Shown: positions 37,698-45,948 of the stretch, piece by piece
How positions within the stretch are numbered: position 1 is the stretch's first letter
Layout: each line of letters starts with the position of its first letter
Origin: Candidatus Sulfobium sp.
Lineage (GTDB): Bacteria > Nitrospirota > Thermodesulfovibrionia > Thermodesulfovibrionales > UBA6898
DNA: 64,000 nt
Assembly: GCA_037380845.1 (NCBI GenBank)
Contig: JARRRI010000022.1
Span: 59,163-123,162 of the forward strand
Direction of reading: 5' to 3'
Translations under genes and position numbers: made by a program
Notes under the pieces: model-generated
Database searches by the model: none
Seen by the model: the letters and a program-made list of their open reading frames with translations, nothing else
What the model was told of the DNA's origin: nothing

Positions 37698-39532
37698 TGC
37701 CGTCTCCATCATCGACCGGCCGACTTCTTTCAGGCAAAGAAAACGTAGTTGTTGCCAGGGATATAAGCAAGAGCTTCCGGCCGGCGGGCCGTCTCATTGA
37801 GGCATTAAAGATGGTAAGCATCGAGATGGCCCCCGGTGTCGTCACGGGCCTCGTCGGACCCGACGGTGCCGGAAAGACCACTCTCATGAGGATCCTGACC
37901 GGAATGGTCGTCCCCGATTCAGGGCAGGCGACTGTCCTTGGAATGGACGCGACCCGTGAGTCTCTGAAGGTACAGGCTTCCATAGGTTACATGCCACAGA
38001 GGTTCGGCCTTTATGAAGACCTCACTGTAGAAGAAAACATGGAACTCTATGCTGACCTTCAAGGGGTGCCGAAGAAAACAAGAGCGGGGCGATACCGGGA
38101 TTTGATGCATATGACCGGTCTGGGCCCGTTCACATCCCGTCTGGCGCGTCGCCTTTCAGGAGGCATGAAACAGAAGCTCGGCCTGGCCTGCACTCTCGTA
38201 CGTCCGCCGCAGCTCCTGCTCCTTGACGAACCTACCGTTGGCGTTGACCCGGTCTCCCGAAGGGAACTCTGGGCGATAGTAGATAGCCTAGTAAAAGAGG
38301 AGGGAATGACGGTCCTTCTGAGCACCGCCTATCTCGATGAGGCGGAACGCTGTGGAGAGGTTGTAATACTACACGAGGGGGAAGTCCTCGGCTCAGGCCT
38401 TCCGGATAACTTCCGGAGGCAGGTGAAGGACCGCACCTTCGAGGTGAGGGCAAAAGGGATGAAAAAAAGGGAAGTGCAGGAGAGGCTTTCGGGAGTCCCA
38501 GATGTCATTGACGCCATCATTCAGGGTGACCACGTACGTCTCGTGACCGGCACCGCCGGGACTCCGGATCCCGGCACAATGCTTCCCGGCACAGAGGATG
38601 TCTCGATTCAGCCCGTTGCGCCCCGCTTCGAGGACAGTTTCATCGCGATGCTCAGGAAGCGCCTGGCTGAAGAAGGCATAAAAGCCTCATCACCCTCCCC
38701 TTCATCCCCCCTTCCCAGGGGAGGGGAAACAGTGAAACCTTCTCCCCATGCGGGAGGAGGTGAGGGAGAAAGGGCTTCAATAATTGAGGTGCACGATGTA
38801 AAGCGCCGTTTCGGAGATTTTTATGCCGTCAAGGGCATTACCTTCGATGTGAAAAGGGGAGAGGTCTTCGGATTGCTTGGTGCAAACGGGGCCGGGAAGT
38901 CAACGACATTCAGGATGCTCTGCGGCCTTCTTCCTGCCAGTGGCGGAAGTCTGCTGGTAGACGGCACGGACCTGAGGCATTCGGCCGCGCCGGCCCGCGC
39001 AAGGATCGGCTACATGTCCCAGAAGTTCTCTCTTTACGGGAACCTCAGCGTGCATCAGAACCTGGATTTCTTCAGCAGCGCCTACGGACTGACAGGCCAA
39101 CGGCGGGCGGAAAGGATGTCCCTGGTCATTGATCAGTTCGAACTCTCGGGTTTTGACGACATGAAGAGTCTGGACCTTTCGCTAGGCCACAAGCAGAGGC
39201 TGGCAATGGCCTGCGCCCTCATGCACGAGCCCGCCATTCTCTTCCTGGACGAGCCGACATCGGGCGTCGATCCGCTTGCAAGGCGTGAATTCTGGCACCG
39301 CATCAATGATCTTGCCGGTAAGGGTGTCACAGTCCTGGTGACAACGCACTTCATGGAAGAAGCCGAGTATTGCGACCGTCTGGCAATCATGTCAGCAGGC
39401 AGAATTCTGGCGCTTGGTGAGCCTGAAGAAATCAAGGCCCGTGCCGTCACCGCCGAAAACCCTCAGCCCTCGATGGAGGATGCCTTCATAAGTCTGATCG
39501 TGGCGGACGAACAGGGGGAAGCCGGACCATGA
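37697..39532 (+). CDS. Double ABC ATPase (YbhF-like)
   Basis: GPDGAGKT/LSGGMKQ/LLDEPT and GANGAGKS/LDEPTSG; TAATG coupling to upstream gene. Confidence 0.95.
   Translation: MPSPSSTGRLLSGKENVVVARDISKSFRPAGRLIEALKMVSIEMAPGVVTGLVGPDGAGKTTLMRILTGMVVPDSGQATVLGMDATRESLKVQASIGYMPQRFGLYEDLTVEENMELYADLQGVPKKTRAGRYRDLMHMTGLGPFTSRLARRLSGGMKQKLGLACTLVRPPQLLLLDEPTVGVDPVSRRELWAIVDSLVKEEGMTVLLSTAYLDEAERCGEVVILHEGEVLGSGLPDNFRRQVKDRTFEVRAKGMKKREVQERLSGVPDVIDAIIQGDHVRLVTGTAGTPDPGTMLPGTEDVSIQPVAPRFEDSFIAMLRKRLAEEGIKASSPSPSSPLPRGGETVKPSPHAGGGEGERASIIEVHDVKRRFGDFYAVKGITFDVKRGEVFGLLGANGAGKSTTFRMLCGLLPASGGSLLVDGTDLRHSAAPARARIGYMSQKFSLYGNLSVHQNLDFFSSAYGLTGQRRAERMSLVIDQFELSGFDDMKSLDLSLGHKQRLAMACALMHEPAILFLDEPTSGVDPLARREFWHRINDLAGKGVTVLVTTHFMEEAEYCDRLAIMSAGRILALGEPEEIKARAVTAENPQPSMEDAFISLIVADEQGEAGP
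38693..38774. repeat. Palindromic repeat inserted in frame in the ATPase linker
   Basis: CCCTCCCC..CCCCTTCCCAGGGGAGGGG..CCTTCTCCCCATGCGGGAGGAGG..GAGGGAG; encodes PSPSSPLPRGGETVKPSPHAGGGEGER. Confidence 0.65.
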
Positions 39533-40671
39533 AGAAAGATGAGTCATTACGGGGAGGCGCTTCAATGAGGATGCGCGGCTTGGTGCGCAAGGAGTTTTTG
39601 CAGGTGATGCGCGACCCAAGCAGCATCGCCATAGCCTTCCTGCTGCCTGTAATTCTCCTGCTTCTCTTCGGCTACGGGGTGTCTCTCGATGCCGAGCATG
39701 TCCCTGTCGCGCTGGTCGTTGAACACCCCGATGCCGACACCGCAGGTTTCACGGGTGTATTCCGGCGGTCCCGTTATTTCAGTCCAATTGACTTCTCCGG
39801 CATGAGGGCTGCTGAATATGCCATGAGAAGGGGTCTGGTCGAAGGCATCATCCATCTCAGATCGGATTTCAGCCGTCAGGTCAGGCAGGCCGGCGGTGCG
39901 CCCGTCCAGATCATAGTCAACGGCATCGACGCCAACAACGCAAGGCTTATCTCGGGCTACGTGGAAGGCGCATGGTCGATGTGGCGCAGACACATGTCAG
40001 AGTCCCGCGGAATCTCTCTTGATATTCCGGTGCAGGTGGAACAGCGTATCTGGTTTAACAGCGAGCTCCGGAGCCGGGACTTCCTCGTGCCCGGCCTCAT
40101 AGCGGTAATCATGACCCTCATCGGCGGGCTTCTTACGGCCTTGGTCATGGCCCGGGAGTGGGAGCGGGGAACCATGGAGGCCCTCATGGTCACTCCCGTC
40201 AGCATGAAAGAGATCCTGCTGGGTAAGCTTATCCCTTATTTTGTCCTGGGGATGGGAGGCATGGCCCTCTCGGTGGTCATGGCGGTATGGCAGTTCGGCG
40301 TGCCTCTGAGGGGATCCCTGCCGGTCCTCTTCATCGCCTCATCACTTTTTCTCCTCGTTGCGCTGGGCATGGGCCTTCTTATCTCCACCTTGGCTAAGAA
40401 TCAGTTTGTCGCGGGGCAGGTTGCAATCATTGTGACCTTTCTCCCCGCCTTTATCCTCTCGGGCTTCATCTTCGACATCAACAGCATGCCGCTTCCGATC
40501 CGGGTATTTACGCATGTCATCGCGGCCCGCTATTTCGTCTCGATCCTCCAGACGGTATTTCTTGCCGGTAACATATGGCAGGTGCTCCTTCCAAACGCAT
40601 TCGCCCTCATCATTATGGCGGGAATCTTCTTCGGGATAATCAAGCGGAAATCCCGCAAGAGGCTCGAATAG
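39529..40671 (+). CDS. ABC-2 permease (YbhS-like)
   Basis: KE..Q..RDP, FGYGVSLD, WFN, AREWERGTME, LSGFIF. Confidence 0.93.
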   Translation: MKKDESLRGGASMRMRGLVRKEFLQVMRDPSSIAIAFLLPVILLLLFGYGVSLDAEHVPVALVVEHPDADTAGFTGVFRRSRYFSPIDFSGMRAAEYAMRRGLVEGIIHLRSDFSRQVRQAGGAPVQIIVNGIDANNARLISGYVEGAWSMWRRHMSESRGISLDIPVQVEQRIWFNSELRSRDFLVPGLIAVIMTLIGGLLTALVMAREWERGTMEALMVTPVSMKEILLGKLIPYFVLGMGGMALSVVMAVWQFGVPLRGSLPVLFIASSLFLLVALGMGLLISTLAKNQFVAGQVAIIVTFLPAFILSGFIFDINSMPLPIRVFTHVIAARYFVSILQTVFLAGNIWQVLLPNAFALIIMAGIFFGIIKRKSRKRLE

Positions 40672-40679
40672 GGGAAAGC

Positions 40680-41789
40680 GTGGGAAAAAGAATATTCGCC
40701 CTCATGATCAAGGAATTCCTGAGCCTCCTCAAGGATAAGAAGAGCCGTGTCGTGGTGGTAGTTCCGCCCCTCGTCCAGTTGATCGTCTTCGGATATGCGG
40801 CAACATTCGACCTTACGCATGTCCCCTATGCGGTTTACAACGAAGACAGAGGGGCCGCGGGGCGGGACATTCTGGCAGGCTTCGGGGGTTCAAAAAATTT
40901 CAGCCGTTCGGCCGTCATAACCCATGAAGAGGAGATAAGACCTCTCATAGACAATAAGAAGGTGCTTCTGGTTCTCCATCTGGGTCCCACCTTCAGTCGT
41001 GACCTTCTCAGCGGAAGGACCGCTTCCCTTCAGGTGATTATCGACGGCAGAAATTCAAACACCGCCATGCTCGCACTCAGCTATATAAACAGCATCGTCC
41101 GGAGGTTCAACGAGCAATGGGCGGCAGAGCACGGACGGCGCGGCCCCCCTGCAATGCTGGTAACACGTGCATGGTTCAATCCGAACCTCGAGAGCCGCTG
41201 GTTTATCGTTCCGGGCATAGTGGGTCTCCTTACCCTTGTCGTAACCATGCTGGTAACGGCCCTCTCCGTCGCACGGGAGCGAGAGCAGGGCACCTTCGAT
41301 CAGTTGCTGGTAACTCCCTTAAGACCAGTGGAGATCCTCATAGGCAAGGCCCTTCCGGGTCTCATCATAGGGATTTTCGAGGCGACGGTTATCATACTGA
41401 TGGCCGTCTTTTGGTTCAGGGTGCCTCTTCTGGGAAGTTTGATAACCCTTTATACCGGCGTGGCACTCTTCCTTCTTTCAGCAATAGGGGTCGGTCTGAT
41501 GATCTCGTCCCTCGCCGTAACCCAGCAGCAGGGCTTGCTGGGGGCGTTTCTGTTTCTCGTCCCTGCCATAATACTGTCAGGCTTCACCACTCCTATCGCC
41601 AACATGCCTCAGGTGATACAGTACATCACGCTCCTCAATCCAATGCGTTACTTCATGGTCGTACTTCGCGGGGTGTTCCTGGAGGGAGCTCCATTTCATC
41701 TCCTGATCGGCCAGCTCTGGCCGATGGCCGTGATAGGTGTAGTGAGCCTGGCCGCCGCCGGCTGGCTCTTCCGGCATCGTATGTATTAG
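40680..41789 (+). CDS. ABC-2 permease (YbhR-like)
   Basis: GTG start; PPL.QL..FGYAA, DGRNSN, AREREQGTFDQL, LSGF.TP..NMP. Confidence 0.93.
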   Translation: MGKRIFALMIKEFLSLLKDKKSRVVVVVPPLVQLIVFGYAATFDLTHVPYAVYNEDRGAAGRDILAGFGGSKNFSRSAVITHEEEIRPLIDNKKVLLVLHLGPTFSRDLLSGRTASLQVIIDGRNSNTAMLALSYINSIVRRFNEQWAAEHGRRGPPAMLVTRAWFNPNLESRWFIVPGIVGLLTLVVTMLVTALSVAREREQGTFDQLLVTPLRPVEILIGKALPGLIIGIFEATVIILMAVFWFRVPLLGSLITLYTGVALFLLSAIGVGLMISSLAVTQQQGLLGAFLFLVPAIILSGFTTPIANMPQVIQYITLLNPMRYFMVVLRGVFLEGAPFHLLIGQLWPMAVIGVVSLAAAGWLFRHRMY

Positions 41790-41850
41790 TACCGTGGGAA
41801 GGTATAAATATTAACGCTGCGTAAATCTTTTACAAAAAGACGAGAAAAAT

Positions 41851-41942
41851 CACCACGGAGACACGGAGACGCTGAGAAAAGACTATTTTCCTGTTTGTCT
41901 CTTATCTGTCTTTGGATTTTCTCTGTGCCTCCGTGTCTCTGG
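41851..41942. repeat. Stem-loop repeat, family B (CACCACGGAGACAC...); a half copy lies at 32993-33020
   Basis: CCACGGAGACACGGAGACGCTGAGAAAA ... TTTTCTCTGTGCCTCCGTGTCTCTGG. Confidence 0.7.
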
Positions 41943-42072
41943 AGTAAAATTCTTTATTGTTTGTGGCTTACCGTTCCGGCTCCAGCACCACGCAGATGAA
42001 TATCCGGGCCGATAAATGATATCTTAAGAATATCTTCTCTTCGGAAGTCATCCTCCGTAACCGGAGTATCTT

Positions 42073-43311
42073 ATGCGACAGTCTCTTGAAAGAATCGGTG
42101 CGAACAAGGTTGTCCTCGCCCTGTCGGCGGCGAGGATGGGCGATGCCGTAGGAAACAGCATCCTTTTTGTAATCATTCCCCTTTATGTCGCCAAGCTGCC
42201 GGCCCCCTGGTTCCCTCTCCCGGAAACGGTGCGCGCAGGCCTTCTGATATCCCTCTACGGTCTCGTAAACGCCCTGCTTCAGCCCTTTGCGGGCGCCATG
42301 GTCGACAGATTCAACAGGCGGAAGGTCTTTATCCAGGGCGGACTCTGCCTGATGGGAGCCAGCACCTTCGCCTATGTCTTTGCCGGCAAGTTCACGGATA
42401 TCCTCGTGCTCAGGATACTCCAGGGGATGGGCCTGGCCCTCACGGTGACCGCCTCCATTGCCATTATGGCCATCTCCACGGACAGGAAAACACGGGGAGG
42501 ATCGATGGGGGTCTTCAGCACCTCGCGCATGATGGGCCTGTCGGCCGGCCCGCTTCTGGGGGGATACCTTTACGATAATTTCGGCTTCAACGCGGCCTTC
42601 TATGCCGGCACCTTCTTCGTTGCCCTGGCGGTCGTACTGGTACAGCTGTGGATCAGGGAAGGGCGGGTGCCGGTCCACGCGGCTGTTGAGAGACCGGCAT
42701 TCAAGGTGATCGACCGCGAATTGCTGTCCCCGGGAATCATCGGCGCGGGTCTCGCCATATTCATAATGGCAGCCGCCTTCTCAATGATAACGCCCCTCGA
42801 AAAACAGTTCAACATCCGCCTTCACGAGTCTGCCTTCAGTTTCGGGCTCGCCTTCAGCGCCGTCATGTTCAGCAGGCTTTTGTTTCAGATTCCGCTGGGA
42901 CGGCTGTCCGACCATTTCGGCCGGAAGCCCCTGATTATCGCTGGACTGATCCTCATGGCCCCGGTAACCGGACTCCTGGGAGAGGCAGCGACCACTCTGC
43001 AGCTCATAGCCCTGCGAGCCGTGCAGGGCATCGGGTCCGCAGGCATTGCCGCACCGGCCATGGCCCTCGCCGCAGACCTGTCAAAGGCCGGGGGAGAAGG
43101 ACGTCAGATGAGCATCACCACCATGGGGTTCGGCCTTGGCATTTCTGTGGGCCCCCTGCTGGCCGGGGTGCTGGCTGTCTTTTCCTGGAGACTGCCCTTT
43201 TTCATCGTGGGCCTCATGCTCCTGGCCGGTGTATGGATCGTCCATCGTTACGTTCCCGAAACGATCGTCCGCCACGCGGGTCCGCAAGAGCCCCCGGCAA
43301 AGAATTCATAG
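42073..43311 (+). CDS. MFS transporter
   Basis: G...DRF.RR, R..QG.G, GP..GG, GRLSD.FGRK; many hydrophobic segments. Confidence 0.92.
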   Translation: MRQSLERIGANKVVLALSAARMGDAVGNSILFVIIPLYVAKLPAPWFPLPETVRAGLLISLYGLVNALLQPFAGAMVDRFNRRKVFIQGGLCLMGASTFAYVFAGKFTDILVLRILQGMGLALTVTASIAIMAISTDRKTRGGSMGVFSTSRMMGLSAGPLLGGYLYDNFGFNAAFYAGTFFVALAVVLVQLWIREGRVPVHAAVERPAFKVIDRELLSPGIIGAGLAIFIMAAAFSMITPLEKQFNIRLHESAFSFGLAFSAVMFSRLLFQIPLGRLSDHFGRKPLIIAGLILMAPVTGLLGEAATTLQLIALRAVQGIGSAGIAAPAMALAADLSKAGGEGRQMSITTMGFGLGISVGPLLAGVLAVFSWRLPFFIVGLMLLAGVWIVHRYVPETIVRHAGPQEPPAKNS

Positions 43312-43516
43312 CTTTCTGCGTCCGCTTCGATTGGCGTTATCGCGTTCCGGTCTTTATTGATGTCACCTGGCGATTTGATTGTCACGGACAGAAAAACGTG
43401 CCCGCTGGACATCGGAACATGGTGTGATATAATTGAACCAGTTGTGGTTTTCGGTCGGGTATTTTCGTGTTGTGGCGGTATGGATTCGGGCAACGCCGCA
43501 TGATACCGGGGTAAAA

Positions 43517-43939
43517 ATGCAAAGCGAAATCGAAAAAACATCTTCGCAAGAGGCAGAGGAAGAGGCAGGAGATACATCGATACTGGTTGCCGACGATGAC
43601 GACGTCATCAGGGGCCTTGTCACGACGCTGATCGAGAAGTCCGGGTATTCGGTTTTCGAGGCGGCCGACGGCTCCGAGGCGGTCGATAAATTCAGGGAAC
43701 ACCGGGACGAGATAGATCTTCTGGTCTTCGATGTACGAATGCCGGGAAAAGACGGCAAGCAGGCCTACGACGAGATAAGGCAGATCCGTCCCGACATCAA
43801 GGTCCTCTTCATTAGCGGCTACGGAAGCGACGTCCTGGAGAAATACGGCGTCAACCGTGAAGATTTTCAGGTCATATCGAAGCCGTTTATGCCCGGCGAT
43901 CTCATATCGCAGATAAAGACCTGCCTGTCCGGCCCCTGA
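43517..43939 (+). CDS. Single-domain response regulator receiver
   Basis: ILVADDD, D..MP..DG, SGY, KPF. Confidence 0.9.
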   Translation: MQSEIEKTSSQEAEEEAGDTSILVADDDDVIRGLVTTLIEKSGYSVFEAADGSEAVDKFREHRDEIDLLVFDVRMPGKDGKQAYDEIRQIRPDIKVLFISGYGSDVLEKYGVNREDFQVISKPFMPGDLISQIKTCLSGP

Positions 43940-44142
43940 AGCGATTTGAGAAAGGGGATTTACGGTAACAGTCCCGTTGACAATAGCCAGGCCCGGCCAC
44001 AAGGTGAAGAACATCTTTTTCTGATTTCCGCACTTGACAGACCCCCTCTTCCTAACAGGCGAAATTGATGATAAGATTTAGTTGTAGGATATATCAGACA
44101 GTCCCGGGTGAATTTTTTTCTGGCAAATAACGGAGGTGGACC

Positions 44143-44902
44143 ATGAGAAAAGTCTTGTCGGGAGTTTTGATGCTCGGATTTATTCTGGCGTTGGGCGTGT
44201 ACGGTGCGGATGCGCAGTCGCAGCCGCCGGGCGGAACGGGCGGAGGTGTTTCGGCCAGGTGCGCGGATATAATGGGCCCCGGAATGATGGGAGGTCCCAT
44301 GAGGGGTGGCTACGGAATGAGGGGCAAGGGCATGATGGCACCGGGTATGGCGAGCGGTAACATGGGAGGCCGTTGCGGCTGCGGTATGGCGAGCGGTAAC
44401 ATGGAAGGCCGTTGCGGCTGCGGTATGGTGCGGTATGATGGGCCGTCATTTTGGAATGATGGGCGGGAAGGGTAGTATGGGCGGTGTGCATCACCGCCTC
44501 TGGCACTATATCATGAGACTCGATCTTGACCAGAACCAGCGGGCCGAGATCTGGAAAACAAAGACCGACCTGATGAAGAACATGATCCGGAAGAAGGCCG
44601 ACCTGCGCATCGCCATGCTGGAACTGGGTAATCTGGTCCATGCCGACAAAACCGACATGAAGAAGGTCGAGGCTAAGGTAAAACAGATAGAGAATCTGAG
44701 ATCGTCCATGCTCATTTCCGGCATAGAAGCAATGGAGGCCGTTAAGTCGAAGCTGACCGCCGACCAGAGGAAGAAACTGGGCAACATGATGGAGAGCCCT
44801 GGGCGATGCATGATGATGGGTGATGACATGATGAGCGGCGGCATGACCGGCGGAGACATGATGGGAGACGGTATGATGGAAGAAGCTCCGGCTGAAGATT
44901 AA
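44143..44902 (+). pseudogene. Met/Gly-rich periplasmic Spy/CpxP/ZraP-like protein, frameshifted near 44425
   Basis: Signal peptide and GM-rich N part; second frame L.L...Q..I...LTADQRKKL; 39-bp tandem repeat plus a 10-bp duplication at the junction. Confidence 0.8.
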
Positions 44903-44913
44903 CTGACACGCGA

Positions 44914-44957
44914 CCGGCGGGAGGGGCAAAGCGTGACCCGCTTTCCCCTCCTGCCGG
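44914..44957 (+). terminator. Strong GC hairpin after the Spy-like gene (terminator or RNA-stabilising stem)
   Basis: CCGGCGGGAGGGGCAAAGCG-TGACC-CGCTTTCCCCTCCTGCCGG; no U-tract. Confidence 0.4.
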
Positions 44958-45033
44958 CAGGCTCCGGGGCAAACTGAGAAGTTAGAGTTACTTGCCCGGT
45001 TCCTGAGCAATTCCTTAAAGAAGGAGGCTTATC

Positions 45034-45243
45034 ATGAAAAAGAACGTCGGAGGCATCGACAAAGCGATAAGGTTCATTATCGGGATCGTCCTGGGTCTTA
45101 TCGGCTTTTTCGTGCAGATGAGCACCGGCCTTAGAATAGCTTTCTTCGCTGTCGGGGCCATAGCCCTCATCACCGCCTTTACCGGTTTTTGACCGCTCTG
45201 GGCGGTGCTCGGGATCAGCACCCACAAGGAACATTCAGGCTGA
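45034..45243 (+). CDS. DUF2892/YgaP-like small membrane protein with in-frame TGA (candidate selenocysteine)
   Basis: AAGGAGG RBS; MKKNVGGIDKAIR...TAFTGF[TGA 45190]PLWAVLGIST; hairpin 45204-45222. Confidence 0.8.
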
Positions 45244-45252
45244 GAATACATA

Positions 45253-45861
45253 TCAAAGGGAGAGCCCGAATCTCGATAGCGCCCTGGCTGTCGAGGCGTG
45301 GTCAACATGGTGAATGCCGTTTATGCCCAAAGTGCGGGCGACTTCGACATAGAGTCCCCTGTCATCGATGTACACAACGTTTTCAGGCGGAACCTGGGCC
45401 GCATCGAGGGCGATGCGGTAGATATCTTCATCGGGCTTCCGGAAGTGGACAAAGCAGGACACTATGAAGAAGTCAATGAATTCTGCCAACCCGTGGTCCC
45501 TGACTCGCCGGTCTGTCAGCTCCCGCCCTTCATTGCTGACCGCGGCCACCTTCAATCCGTATTTCTTTTTCAGTTCCCGGAACAGACCGATCGTCTCAGG
45601 GTAAGGCGTTGTCCGGAACATGAACTCCTTTAGATCTTCCCGCGGGAAAGACCTTTCCTCATAAAAGATAACGCGGTCGAGGTAAGTATCGAGAGTAAGC
45701 TTGCCTTCCTCGTACGTATCGAAGGTCAGATGGTGCCTCTCGTTCAACTCGTCGATGTCAAAGCCGAAATGGTCGGCGGCTCTCTTTCGTTTCTCATGGC
45801 CCCAGCCGTTTTCGAGCATGACTCCGCCGATATCCAGAAACAGTGCCCTGACAGGTGGCAT
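45253..45861 (-). CDS. HAD-family phosphatase
   Basis: LFLDIGGV, SNE, RKPD, YIDDR. Confidence 0.9.
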   Translation of the reverse strand: MPPVRALFLDIGGVMLENGWGHEKRKRAADHFGFDIDELNERHHLTFDTYEEGKLTLDTYLDRVIFYEERSFPREDLKEFMFRTTPYPETIGLFRELKKKYGLKVAAVSNEGRELTDRRVRDHGLAEFIDFFIVSCFVHFRKPDEDIYRIALDAAQVPPENVVYIDDRGLYVEVARTLGINGIHHVDHASTARALSRFGLSL

Positions 45862-45948
45862 GGGAATCAGTCCTCCATTGCATGCAGACTCTGGTTAAAG
45901 TCTATCCGGTTTCCGGACAAAGTCAAGAAAGCCGTCCCCCAGATGAGT

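Noticed and set aside
44344..44421. Direct repeats as a CRISPR array
   Set aside because: Adjacent coding tandem repeats with no spacers and no cas genes
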